Shown one piece after another: positions 13,101-26,254 of a stretch of 64,000 nt of DNA (its first letter is position 1; each line of letters opens with the position of its first letter). The DNA comes from the human T2T-CHM13v2.0 reference genome, Homo sapiens, in assembly GCA_009914755.4 (NCBI GenBank), contig CP086569.2:21056001-21120000 (forward strand). The letters run 5' to 3'. Below the pieces are notes generated by a model. That model saw only the letters and a program-made list of their open reading frames with translations, was not told where the DNA came from and did not search any database. A program made the position numbers and the translations under genes.

Positions 13101-16100
13101 GTTCAAGAATGAAGCTGCAGACCTTTACGGTGAGTGTTACAGCATTTAAAGGTGTTATGTCCAGAGTTTTTTCCTTTAGATGTGTCCAGAGTTTCTACAT
13201 TCTGGCAGGTTCATTGTCTTGCTCACTTCAAGAATGAAGCTCCAGTCCTTTACGGTGAGTGTTACAGCACTTAAAGGTGTTATGTCCAGAGTTTGTTCCT
13301 TCAGGTGTGTCCACAGTTTCTTCCTTCTGGCAGGTTCATGGTCTTGCTCACTTCAAGAATGAAACTGCAGACCCTTACGGTGAGTGTTACAGCACTTAAA
13401 GGTTTTATGTCCAGAGTTTGTTCCTTCAGATATGTCCAGTTTGTTCCCTCTGGCAGGTTCATGGTCTTGCTTACTTCAAAATGGAAACTGTAGACCTTTA
13501 CGGTTAGTGTTACAGCACTGAAAGTTGTTATGTCCAGAGTTTGTTCCTTCAGATGTGTCCAGAGTTTCTTCCATCTGGCAGGTTCATGTCCTTGCTCACT
13601 TCAAGAATGAAGCTGCAGAACTTAGTGGTGAGTTTTACAACACTTAAGGGTGTTATGTCCAGAGTTTGTTCCCTCAGATGTGCCAGAGTTTCTTCCTTCT
13701 GGCAGGTTCATGGTCTTGCTCACTTTAGGAATGAAGCTGCAGACTTTACGGTGAGTGTTACAGCTCTTAACGGTATTATGTCCAGAGTTTGTTCCTTCAG
13801 ATGTGTCTCGAGTTTCTTCCTTCTGGCAGATTCATGGTCTTGCTAGCTTCAAGAATGAAGCTGCAGACCTTTACGGTGAGTGTTACAGCAATTAATGTTG
13901 TTATGTCCAGAGTTTGTTCCTTTAGATGTGTCCAGAGTTTCTTCCTTCTGGCTGGTTCATGATCTTCCTCACTTCAACAATGAAGCTGCAGACCTTAGTG
14001 GTGAGCGTTACAGCAATTAAGTTGTTATGTCCAGAGTTTGTTCCTTCAGATGTGTCCAGAGTTTCTTCCTTCTGGCAGATTCATGGTCTTGCTCACTTCA
14101 AGAATGAAACTGCAGACCCTTACGGTGAGTGTTACAGCACTGAAACATGTCATGTCCAGAGTTTGTTCCTTCAGATATGTCCAGAGTTTCTTCCTTCTGG
14201 CAGGTTCATGGTCTTGCTCACTTCAAGAATGAAGCTGCACACCTTTATGGTGAGTGTTACAGCATATAAAGCTGTTATGTCCAGAGTTTGGTCCTTCAGT
14301 TATATTCAGAGTTTCTTCCTTCGGGCAGGTTCATGGTCTTGCTGACTTCAAGAATGAAGCTGCAGTCCTTTACGGTGAGTTTTACAGCATTTAAAGGTGT
14401 TATGTCCAGAGTTTGTTCCTTCAGATGTGTCCAGAGTTTCTTCTTTCTGGCAGATTCATGGTCTTTCTCACTTCAAGAATGAAGCTGCAGACCTTACTGT
14501 TGAGTGTTAAAGCACTTAAAGTTGTTATGTTCAGAGTTTGTTCCTTCAGATGTATCCAGAGTTTCTTCCTTCTGGCAGGTTCATGGTCTTGCTCACTTCA
14601 AGAATGAAGCTGCAGACCTTTACGGTGAGTGTTACAGCATTTAAAGGTGTTATGTCCAGAGTTTGTTCCATCAGATGTGTCTAGAGTTCCTTAATTCTGG
14701 GAGGTTCAATGACTTGCTCATTTCAAGAATGAAGCTGCAGACCTTAGTGGTGAGTTTTACAGCACTAAAAGGTGTTATGTCAAGAGTTTGTTCCTTCAGA
14801 TGTGTTTAGATTGTCTTCCTTCTGGCAGGTTCATTGTCTTGCTGACCTCAAGAATGAAGTTGCAGACCTTTACGGTGAGTGTTACAGCACTTAAATGTGT
14901 TATGTCCAGAGTTTGTTCCTTCAGATGTGTCCAGAGTTTCTTCCTTCTGGCAGGTTCATGGTCTTGCTCACTTCAAGAATGAAGCTGCAGACATTTACGG
15001 TGAGTGTTACAGCATTTAAAGCTGTTATGTCCAGAGTTTTTTCCTTCAGATGTGTGCAGAGTTTCTTCCTTCTGGCAGGTTCATGGTATTGCTCACTTCA
15101 AGAATGAAGCTGCAGACCTTAGTGGTGAGTGTTACAGCACTTAAAGTTGTTAGGTCCAGAGTTTGTTCCTTCAGATGTGTGCAGACTTTCTTCCTTCTGG
15201 CAGGTTCTTGGTCTTGCTCACTTCAAGAATGAAGCTGCAGACCTTTACGTTGAGTGTTACAGCATTTAAATGTGTTATGTCTAGAGATTCTTACATCAGA
15301 AGTGGTTAGAGTTCCTTCCTTCTGGGGGATTCATGGACTTGCTCATTTCAAGAATGAAGCTGCAGACCTTAGTGGTGAGTTTTACAGCACTTAAAGGTGT
15401 TATGTCCAGAGTTTGTTCCTTCAGATGTGTCCAGAGTTTCTTCCTTCTGGCAGGTTCGTGGTCTTGCTCACTTCAAGAATGAAGCTGCAGACCTTAGTTG
15501 TGAGCGTTACAGCACTTAAGTTTTTATGTCCAGAGTTTGTTCCTTCAGATATATCCAGAGTTTCTTCCTTCTGGTAGGTTCATGGTCTTGCTCACTTCAA
15601 GAATGAAACTGCAGACCCTTACGGTGAGTGTTACAGCACTTAAAGGTGTTATATCTAGACTTTGTTCCTTCAGATGTGTCCAGTTTCTTCCTTCTGGAAG
15701 GTTCATGGTCTTGCTCACTTCAAGAATGAAACTGTAGACCTTTACGGTGAGTGTTACAGCACTGAAAAATATTATGTCCAGAGTTTGCTCCTTCAGATGT
15801 GTCCAGAGTTTCTTCCTTCTGGCAGGTTCATGGTCTTGCTCCCTTCAAGAATGTAGCTGCAGAAGTTAGTGGTGAGTTTTACAGCACTTAAAGGTGTTAT
15901 GTCCATAGTTTGTTCCTTCAGATGTGTGCAGAGTTTCTTCCTTCTGGCAGGTTCATGGTATTGCTCACTTCAAGAATAAAGCTGCAGACCTTAGTGGTGA
16001 GTGTTACAGCACTTAAAGTTGTTATGTCCAGAGTTTGTTCCTTCAGATGTGTCCAGAGTTTCCTCCTTCTGGCAGGTTCATTGTCTTGCTCACTTCAAGA

Positions 16101-19100
16101 ATGAAACTGCAGACCCTTACGGTGAGTGTTACAGCACTTAAAGGAGTTATGCCCAGAGTTTTTTCCTTCAGATGTGTCCAGAGTTTCTTCATTCTGGCAG
16201 GTTCAAGGTCTTGCTCACTTCAAGAATGACGCGGCAGACCTTTACGGTGAGTGTTACAGCATTTAAAGGTGTTATGTCCAGAGTTTGTTCCTTCAGATGT
16301 GTCCAGTTTCTTCCTTCTGGCAGGTTCATGTTATTGCTCACTTCAAGAATGAATCTGTAGACCTTTACGGTGAGTGTTTCAGAAATGAAAGATGCTATGT
16401 CCAGAGATTTTTCCTTCAGATGTGTCCAGAGTTTCTTCCTTCTGGCAGGTTCATGGACTTGCTCACTTCAAGAATGACGCGGCAGACCTTTACGGTGAGT
16501 GTTACAGCATTTAAAGGTGTTATGTCCAAAGTTTGTTACATCAGATGTGTCTAGAGTTCCTTCCTTCTGGGAGTTTCATGTACTTGCTCATTTCAAGAAT
16601 GAAGCTGCAGACATTAGCGGTGAGTTTTACAGCACTTAAAGGTGTTATGTCCAGAGTTTGTTCCTTCAGATGTGTCCAGAGTTTCTTCCTTCTGGCAGGT
16701 TCATGGTCTTGCTCACTTCAAGAATGAAGCTTCAGACCTTAGTGGTGAGCGATACAGCCCTTTAGTTTTTATGTCCACAGTTTGTTCCTTCAGATAAGTC
16801 CAGAGATTCTTCCTTCTGGCAGGTTCATGGTCTTGCTCACTTCAAGAATGAAACTGCAGACCCTTACGGTGAGTGTTACAGCACTTAAAGGGGTTATGTC
16901 TAGAGTTTGTTCCTTCATATGTGTCCAGTTTCTTCCTTCTGGAAGGTTCATGGTCTTGCTCACTTCAAGAATGAAACTGTAGACATTTACGGTGAGTGTT
17001 ACAGCACTGAAAGATGTTATGTCCAGAGTTTGTTCCTTCAGATGTGTCCAGAGTTTCTTCCTTCTGGCAGGATCATTGTCTTGCTCACTTCAAGAATGAA
17101 GCTGCAGAACTTAGTGGTGAGTTTTACAGCACTTAAAGGTGTTACGTCCAGGGTTTGTTCCTTCAGATGTGTCCAGAGTTTCTTCCTTCTGGCAGGTTCA
17201 TGGTATTGCTCATTTCAAGAATGAAGCTGCAGACCTTAGTGGTGAGTGTTACAACACTTAAAGTTGTTATGTCCAGAGTTTGTTCCTTCAGATGTGTCCA
17301 GAGTTTCTTCCTTCTGGCAGGTTCATGGTCTTGCTCACTTTAAGAATGAAGCTGCAGACCTTTACGGTCAGTGTTACAGCACTTAAAGGTGTTAAGTCCA
17401 GAGTTTGTTCCTTCAGATGTGTCCAGAGTTTCTTCCTTCTGGCAGGTTCTTGGTCTTGCTCACTTCAAGAATGAAGCTGCAGACCTTTACGGTCAGTGTT
17501 ACAGCACTTAAAGGTGTTATGTCCTTAGTTTGTTCCTTCAGTTGTTTGCAGAATTTCTTCCTTCTGGCAGGTTCATGGTATTGCTCACTTCAAGAATGAA
17601 GCTGCAGACCTCAGTGGTGAGTGTTACAGCACTTAAAGTTTTTATGTCCAGAGTTTGTTCCTTCAGGTGTGTCCAGAGTTTCTTCCTTCTGGCAGGTTCA
17701 TGGTCTTGCTCACTTCAAGAATGAAGCTGCAGACCTTTACGGTGTGTGTTACATCATTTAAAGGTGTTATGTCCAGAGTTTGTTACATCAGATATGTCTA
17801 GAGTTCCTTCCTTCTGGGAGGTTCATGTACTTGCTCATTTCAAGGATGAAGCTGCAGACTTTAGTGGTGAGTTTTACAGCACTTAAAGGTGTTATGTCCA
17901 GAGTTTGTCCCTTCAGATGTGTCCAGAGTGTCTTCTTTCTGGCAGGTTCATGGTCTTGCTCACTTCAAGAATGAAGCTGCAGACCGTAGTGGTGAGCGTT
18001 ACAGCAGTTAAGTTTTTATGTCCAGAGTTTGTTCCTTCAGATAAGTCCAGAGTTTCTTCCTTCTGACAGGTTCATGGTCTTGCTCACTTCAAGAATGAAG
18101 CTGCAGAACTTAGTGGTGAGTTTTACAGCACTTAAAGGTGTTATGTCCAGAGTTTGTTAATTCAGATGTGTCCAGAGTTTCTTCCTTCTGGCAGGTTCAT
18201 GGTCTTGCTCACTTCAAGAATGAAACTGCAGACCCTTACGGTGAGTGTTACAGCACTAAAAGGTGTTATGTCCAGAGTTTGTTCCTTCAGATGTGTCCAG
18301 AGTTTCTTCCTTCTGGCAGGTTCATGGTCTTGCTCACCTCAAGAATGACGCGGCAGACCTTTACGGTGAGTGTTACAGCATTTAAAGGTGTTATGTCCAG
18401 AGTTTGTTCCTTCAGATGTGTCCAGTTTCTTCCTTCTGGCAGGTTCATGGTCTTGCCCCCTTCAAGAATGAATCTGTAGACCTTTACGGTGAGTGTTACA
18501 GCAATGAAAGATGTTATGTCCAGAGTTTGTTCCTTCAGATGTGTCCAGTGTTTCTTCCTTCTGGCAGGTTCATGGTCTTGCTCTCTTCAAGAATGAAGCT
18601 GCAGACCTTTACGTTACGGCACTTAAAGGTGTTATGTCCAGAGTTTGTTCCTACAGATGTATCCAGAGTTTCTTACTTCTGGCAGGTTCTTGGTCTTGCT
18701 CACCTCAAGAATGAAGCTGCAGACCTTTACGGTGAGTGTTACAGCATTTAAAGGTGTTATGTCCAGAGTTTGTTCCTTCAGATGTGTGCAGAGTTTCTTC
18801 CTTCTGGCAGGTTCATGGACTTGCTCATTTCAAGAATGGAGCTGCAGACCTTAGTGGTGAGTTTTACAGCATTTAAAGGTGTTAGGTCCAGAGTTTGTTC
18901 CTTCAGATGTGTCCAGAGTTTCTTCCTTCTGGCAGCTTCATGGTCTTGCTCACTTCAAGAATGAAGCTGCAGACCTTAGTGGTGACCGTTACAGCACTTA
19001 AGTTTTTATGTCCAGAGTTTTTTCCTTTAGATATATCTAGAGTTTCTTCCTTCTGGCAGGTTCATGGTCTTGCTCAATTCAAGAATGAAACTGCAGACCC

Positions 19101-22100
19101 TTCCGGTGAGTGTTACAGCATTTAAAGGTGTTATGTCTAGACTTTGTTCCTTCAGATGTGTCCAGTTTCTTCTTTCTGGAAGGTTCATGGTCTTGCTCAC
19201 TTCAAGAATGAAACAGTAGACCTTTACGGTGAGTGTTACAGCACTTAAAGTTGTTATGTCCAGAGTTTGTTCCTTCAGATGTGTGCAGAGTTTCTTCCTT
19301 CTGGCAGGTTCTTGGTCTTGCTCACTTCAAGAATGAAGCTACAGACCTTTACGGTGAGTGTTACAGCATTTAAAACTGTTATGTCCAGAGTTTCTAACAT
19401 CAGATGTGTCTAGAGTTCCTTCCTTCTGGGAGATTCATGGACTTGCTCATTTCAAGAATGAAGCTGCAGACCTTAGTGGTGAGTTTTACAGCACTTAAAG
19501 GTGTTATGTCCAGAGTTTGTTCCTTCAGATGTGTCCAGAGTTTCTTCCTTCTTGCAGGTCGTGGTCTTGCTCACTTCCTTAATGAAGCTGCAGACCTTTA
19601 CGTTGAGCGTTACAGCACTTAAAGGTGTTATGTCCAGAGTTTGTTCCTTCAGATGTGTCCAGAGTTTCTTTCTTCTGGCAGGTTCATGGTCTTGCTCACT
19701 TCAAGAATGTAGCTCCAGTCCTTTACGGTGAGTGTTACAGCACTTAAAGGTGTTATATCCAGAGTTTGTTCCTTCAGATGTGTCCAGCATTTCTTCCTTC
19801 TGGCAGGTTCATGGTCTTGCTCACCTCCAGAATGAAAATGCAGAACTTTACGGTGAGGTTTACAGCATTTAAAAGTGTTATGTCCAGAGTTTTTTCCTTC
19901 AGATGTGTCCAGAGTTTCTTCCTTCTGACAGGTTTGTCGTCTTGCTCACTTCAAGAATGAAGCTGCACACCTTAGTGGTGAGCGTTACAGCACTTAAGTT
20001 TTTAAGTCCAGAGTTTGTTCCTTCAGATGTGTCCAGGGTTTCTTCCTTCTGGCAGGTTCATGGTCTTGCTGACCTCAAGAATGAAGCTGCAGACCTTTAC
20101 GGTGAGTGTTACAGCATTTAAATGTGTTATGTCCAGAGTTCGTTCATTCAGATGTGTCCAGTATTTCTTCCTTGTGGCAGGTTCATGGTCTTGCTCACTT
20201 CACGAATGAAGCTGCAGACCTTTACGCTGAGTTTTACAGCACTTAAAACTGTTAAGTCCAGAGTTTCTTCCTTCAGATGTGTCCAGAGTTTCTTCCTTCT
20301 GGCAGGTTCATCGTCTTGTTCACTTCAAGAATGAAGCTGCAGACATTTACGGTGACTGTTACAGCATTCAAATGTGTTATGCCCAGAGATTTTTCCTTCA
20401 GATGTGTCCAGAGTTTCTACCTTCTGGCAGGTTGATGGTCTTGCTCACTTGAAGAATGAAGCTGCAGACCTTTACGTTGAATGTTACAGCACTTAAAGGT
20501 GTTATGTCCAGAGTTTTTTCCTTCAGATGTGTCCAGAGTTTCTTTCTTCTGGTAGGTTCATGGTCTTGCTCACTTCAAGAATGAAACTGCAGACCTTACG
20601 TTGAGTGTTACAGCACTTAAAGGTGTTATGTCCAGAGTTTGTTCCTTCAGATGTGTCCACTTTCCTCCTTCTGGCAGGTTCATGGTCTTGCTCACTTCAA
20701 GAATGAATCTGTAGACTGTTACGGTGAGTGTTACAGCACTGAATCATGTTATGTCCAGAGTTTGTTCCTTCAGATGTGTCTAGAGTTTGTTCCATCTGTC
20801 AGGATCTTGTCCTTGCTCACTTCAAGAATGAAGCTGTAGAACTTAGTGGTGTGTTTTACACCACTTAAAGGTGTTATGTCCAGAGTTTCTTCCTTCAGAT
20901 ATGTCCAGAGTTTCTTCCTTCTGACAGGTTCATGGTCTTGCTGACCTCAAGAATGAAGTTGCAGACCTTTACGGTGAGTGTTACAGCACTTAAAGGTGTT
21001 ATGTCCAGTGTTTTTTCCTTCAGATGTGTCCAGAGTTTCTTCATTCTGGCAGTTTCATGGTCTTGCTCACTTCAAGAATGAAGCTGCAGAACGTAGTGGT
21101 GAGTTTTACAGCACTTAAAGGTGTTATGTCCAGAATTTGTTCCTTCAGATGTGTCCAGAGTTTCTTCCTTCTCGCCGGTTCATGCTCTTGCTCACTTCAA
21201 GAATGAAGCTGCAGACCTTAGTGGTGAGTGTTACAGCACTTAAAGATGTTATGTCCAGAGTTTGTTCCTTCAGATGTGTCCAGAGTTTCTTCCTTCTGGC
21301 AGGTTCATGGTCTTGCTCACTTCCAGAATGAAGCTGCAGACCTTTACGGTCAGTGTTAAAGCACTTAAAGGTGTTATGTCCAGAGTTTGTTCCTTCAGAT
21401 GTTTCCAGAGTTTCTTCCTTCTGGCAGGTTCATGGTCTTGCTCACTTCAAGAATGAAGCTGCAGACGATTACGGTGAGTGTTACAGCATTTAAAGGTGTT
21501 ATGTCCATAGTTTGTTCCTTCAGATGTGTGCAGAGTTTCTTCCTTCTGGCAGGTTCATGGTATTGCTCATTTCAAGAATGAACCTGCAGACCTTACTGGT
21601 GAGTGTTACAGCACTTAAAGTTTTTATGTCCAGAGTTTGTTCCTTCAGATGTGTCCAGAGTTTCTTCCTTCTGGCAGGTTCATGGTCTTGCTCACTTCAA
21701 GAATGAAGCTGCAGACCTTAGTGGTGAGCGTTACAGCACTTAAGTTTTTATGTCCAGGGTTTGTTCCTTCAGATAATTCCAGAGTTTCTTCCTTCTGGCA
21801 GGTTCATGGTCTTGCTCACTTCAAGAATGAAGCTGCAGACCTCAGTGGTGAGTTTTACAGCACTTAAAGTTGTTATGTCCAGAGTTTGTTCCTTCAGATG
21901 TGTCCAGAGTTTCTTCCTTCTGGCAGGTTCATGGTCTTGCTCAATTCAAGAATGACGCGGCAGAGCTTTACGGTGAGTGTTACAGCATTTAAAGGTGTTA
22001 TGTCCAGAGTTTGTTCCTTCAGATGTGTCCACTTTCTTCCTTCTGGCAGGTTCATGGTCTTGCTCACTTCAAGAATGAAACTGTAGACCTTTACGGTGAG

Positions 22101-25100
22101 TGTTACAGCAATGAAAGATGCTATGTCCAGAGTTTGTTCCTTCAGATGTGTCCAGAATTTCTTCCTTCTGGCATGTTCATGGTCTTGCTCACTTCAAGAA
22201 TGAAGCAGCAGATCTTTACGGTGAGTGTTACAGCATTTAAAGTTGTTATGTCCAGAGTTTGTTCCTTCAGATGTGTCCAGAGTTTCCTCTTTCTGGCAGG
22301 TTCATGGTCTTGCTCACTTCAAGAATGAAGCTGCAGACCTTAGTGGTGAGCGTTACAGCACTTAAGTTTTTATGTCCAGAGTTTGTTCCTTCAGATAAGT
22401 CCAGAGATTCTTCCTTCTGGCAGGTCCATGGTCTTGCTCACTTCAAGAATGGAACTGCAGACCCTTACGGTGAGTGTTACAGCACTTAAAATTGTTATGT
22501 CTAGAGTTTGTTCCTTCATATATGTCCAGTTTCTTCCTTCTGGAAGGTTCATGGTCTTGCTCACTTCAAGAATGAAACTGTAGACCTTTACGGTGAGTGT
22601 TACAGCACTGAAAGATGTTATTTCCAGAGTTTGTTCCTTCAGATGTGTCCAGAGTTTCTTCCTTCTGGCAGGTTCATGGTCTTGCTCACTTCAAGAAAGA
22701 AGCTGCAGAACTTAGTGGTGAGTTTTACAGCACTTAAAGGTGTTATGTCCAGAGTCTGTTCCTTCAGATGTGTCCAGAGTTTCTTCCTTCTGGCAGGTTC
22801 TTGGTCTTGCTCACTTCAAGAATGAAGCTGCAGACCTTAGTGGTGAGTGTTACAGCACTTAAAGGTGTTATGTCCAGAGTTTGTTCCTTCAGATGTGTCC
22901 AGAGTTTCTTCCTTCTGGCAGGTTCATGGTCTTCTTCACTTCAAGAATGAAGCTGCAGACCTTTACGGTGAGTGTTACATCATTTAAAGGTGTTATGTCC
23001 ATAGTTTGTTCCTTCAGATGTGTGCAGAGTTTCTTCCTTCTGGGAGGTTAAAGTACTTGCTCATTTCAAGAATGAAGCTGCAGAACTTAGTGGTGAGCAG
23101 TACAGCAGTTAATTTTTTATGTCCAGGGTTTGTTCCTTCAGATGAGTCCAGAGTTTCTTCCTTCTGGCAGGTTCATGGTCTTGCTCACTTCAAGAATGAA
23201 GCTGCAGAACTTAGTGGTGAGTTTTACAGCACTTAAAGGTGTTATGTCCAGAGTTTGTTCCTTCAGATGTGTCCAGAGTTTCTTCCTTCTGGCAGGTTCA
23301 TGGTCTTGCTCACTTCAAGAATGAAGCTGCAGAACTTAGTGGTGAGTGTTACAGCACTTAAAGGTGTTATGTCCAGAGATTGTTCCTTCAGATGTGTCCA
23401 GATTTTCTTCCTTCTGGCAGGTTCATGGTCTTGCTCACTTCAAGAATGAAGCTGCAGACCGTAGTGGTGGGTGTCACAACACTTAAAGATGTTATTTACA
23501 GAGTTTGTTCCTTCAGATGTGTCCAGAGTTTCTTCCTTCTGGCAGGTTCGTGGTCTTGCTCACTTCAAGAATGAAGCTGCAGACCTTTACGGTGAGTGTT
23601 ACAGCACATAAAGGTGTTATGTCCAGAGTTTGTTCCTTCAGATGTGTCCAGAGTTTCTTCCTTCTGGCAGGTACATGGTCTTGCTCACTTCAAGAATGAG
23701 GCGGCAGTCGTTTACGGTGAGTGTTACAGCATATAAACGTGTTATGTCCAGAGTTTGTTCCTTCAGATGTGTCCAGTTTCTTCCTTCTGGCAGGTTCATG
23801 GTCTTTCTCACTTCAAGAATGAAACTATAGAACTTTACGGTGAGCGTTACAGCAATGAAAGATGCTATATCCAGAGTTTGTTCCTTCAGATGTGTCCAGA
23901 GTTTCTTCCTTCTGGCAGATTCATGGTCTTGCTCACTTCAAGAATGAAGCTGCAGACCTTTACGGTGAGTGTTACAGCATTTAAATGTTTTATGTCCAGA
24001 GTTTGTTCCATCAGTTGTGTCTAGAGTTCCTTACTTCTGGGAGGTTCATGGACTTGCTCATTTCAAGAATGAAGCTGCATACCTTTACGGTGAGTGTTAT
24101 AGCACTTAAAGGTGTTATGTCCAGAGTTTGTTCCTTCAGATGTGTCCAGAGTTTCTTCCTTCTGGCAGGTTCATGGTCTTCCTCACTTCAAGAATGAAGC
24201 TGCAGAACTTAGTGGTGAGTTTTACACACTTAAAGGTGTTATGTCCAGAGTTTTTTCCTTCAGATGTGTCCAGAGTTTCTTCCTTCTGGCAGGTTCATGG
24301 TCTTGCTCACTTTAAGAATGAAGCTGCAGACCTTAGTGGTGAGTGTTACAACACTTAAAGATGTTATTTACAGAGTTTTTTCCTTCAGATGTGTCCAGAG
24401 TTTCTTCCTTCTGGCAGGTTCATGGTCTTGCTCACTTCAAGAATGAAGATGCAGACCTTTACGGTGAGTGTTACAGCACATAAAGGTGTTATATCCAGAG
24501 TTTGTTCCTTCAGATGTGTCCAGAGTTTCTTCCTTCTGGCAGGTTCATGGTCTTGCTCACTTCAAGAATGAAGCTGCAGTCCTTTACGGTGAGTGTTACA
24601 TCATTTAAAGGTGTTATGTCCAGAGTTTTTTACATCAGATTTGTCTAGATTTCCTTCCTTCTGGGAGTTTCATGGACTTGCTCATTTCAAGAATGAAGCT
24701 GCAGACCTTAGTGGTGAGTTTTACAGCACTTAAAGCTGTTATGTCCAGAGTTTGTTCCTTCAGATGTGTCCAGAGTTTCTTCCTTCTCCAGGTTCATGGT
24801 TTGCTCACTTCAAGAATGAAGCTGCAGACCTTAGTGGTGAGCGTTACAGCAGTTAAGTTTTTATGTCCAGAGTTTGTTCCTTCAGATAAGTCCAGAGTTT
24901 CTTCCTTCTGGCAGGTTCATGGTCTTGCTCACTTCAAGAATGAAGCTGCGGACCTTAGTGGTGAGCGTTACATCACTTAAGTTTTTATGTCCAGAGTTTG
25001 TTCCTTCAGATAAGTCCAGAGTTTCTTCCTTCTGGCAGGTTCATGGTCTTGCTCACTTCAAGAATGAAGCTGCAGACCTTTACGGTGAGTGTTACAGCAT

Positions 25101-26254
25101 TTAAAGGTGTTATGTCCATTGTTTGTTCCTTCAGATGTGTCCACTTTCTTCCTTCTGGCAGGTTCATGGTCTTGCTCAATTCAAGAATGAAACTGTAGAC
25201 CTTTACGGTGAGTGTTACAGCAATGAAAGATGCTATGTCCAGAGTTTGTTCCTTCAGATGTGTCCAGAGTTTCTTCCTTCTGGCAGGTTCATGGTCTAGC
25301 TCACTTCAAGAATGAAACTGCAGACCTTTACGGTGAGTGTTACGGCATTTAAAGGTGTTATGTCCAGAGTTTGTTCCTTCAGATGTGTCCAGAGTTTCCT
25401 CCTTCTGGCAGGTTCATGGTCTTGCTCACTTCAAGAATGAAGCTGCAGACCTTAGTGGTGAGCGTTACAGCACTTAAGTTTTTATGTCCAGAGTTTGTTC
25501 CTTCAGATAAGTCCAGAGATTCTTCCTTCTGGCACGTCCATGGTCTTGCTCACTTCAAGAATGAAACTGCAGACCCTTACGGTGAATGTTACAGCACTAA
25601 AAATTGTTATGTCTAGAGTTTCTTCCTTCATATGTGTCCAGTTTCTTCCTTCTGGAAGGTTCATGGTCTTGCTCACTTCAAGAATGAAACTGTAGACCTT
25701 TACGGTGAGTGTTACAGCACTGAAAGATGTTATTTCCAGAGTTTGTTCCTTCAGATGTGTCCAGTGTTTCTTCCTTCTGGCAGGTTCATGGTCTTGCTCA
25801 CTTCAAGAAAGAAGCTGCAGAACTTAGTGGTGAGTTTTACAGCACTTAAAGGTGTTATATCCAGAGTTTGTTCCTTCAGATGTGTCCAGAGTTTCTTCCT
25901 TCTGGCAGGTTCATGGTCTTGCTCACTTCAAGAATGAAGCTGCAGACCTTAGTGGTGAGTGTTACAACACTTAAAGATGTTATTTACAGAGTTTGTTCCT
26001 TCAGATGTGTCCAGAGTTTCTTCCTTCTGGCAGGTTCATGGTCTTGCTCACTTCAAGAATGAAGATGCAGACCTTTACGGTGAGTGTTACAGCACATAAA
26101 GGTGTTATGTCCAGAGTTTGTTCCTTCAGATGTGTCCAGAGTTTCTTCCTTCTGGCAGGTTCATGGTCTTGCTCACTTCAAGAATGAAGCTGCAGTCCTT
26201 TACGGTGAGTGTTACATCATTTAAAGGTGTTATGTCCAGAGTTTTTTACATCAG

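Noticed and set aside
15232-15537. Gaps of 300-400 bp without ORF calls (for example 15232-15537, 20334-20639, 47224-47636), checked as possible transposon insertions or unique sequence
   Set aside because: Reading the nucleotides shows ordinary satellite monomers. They simply carry extra stops, for example 'gtctagag' or 'tag' variants.
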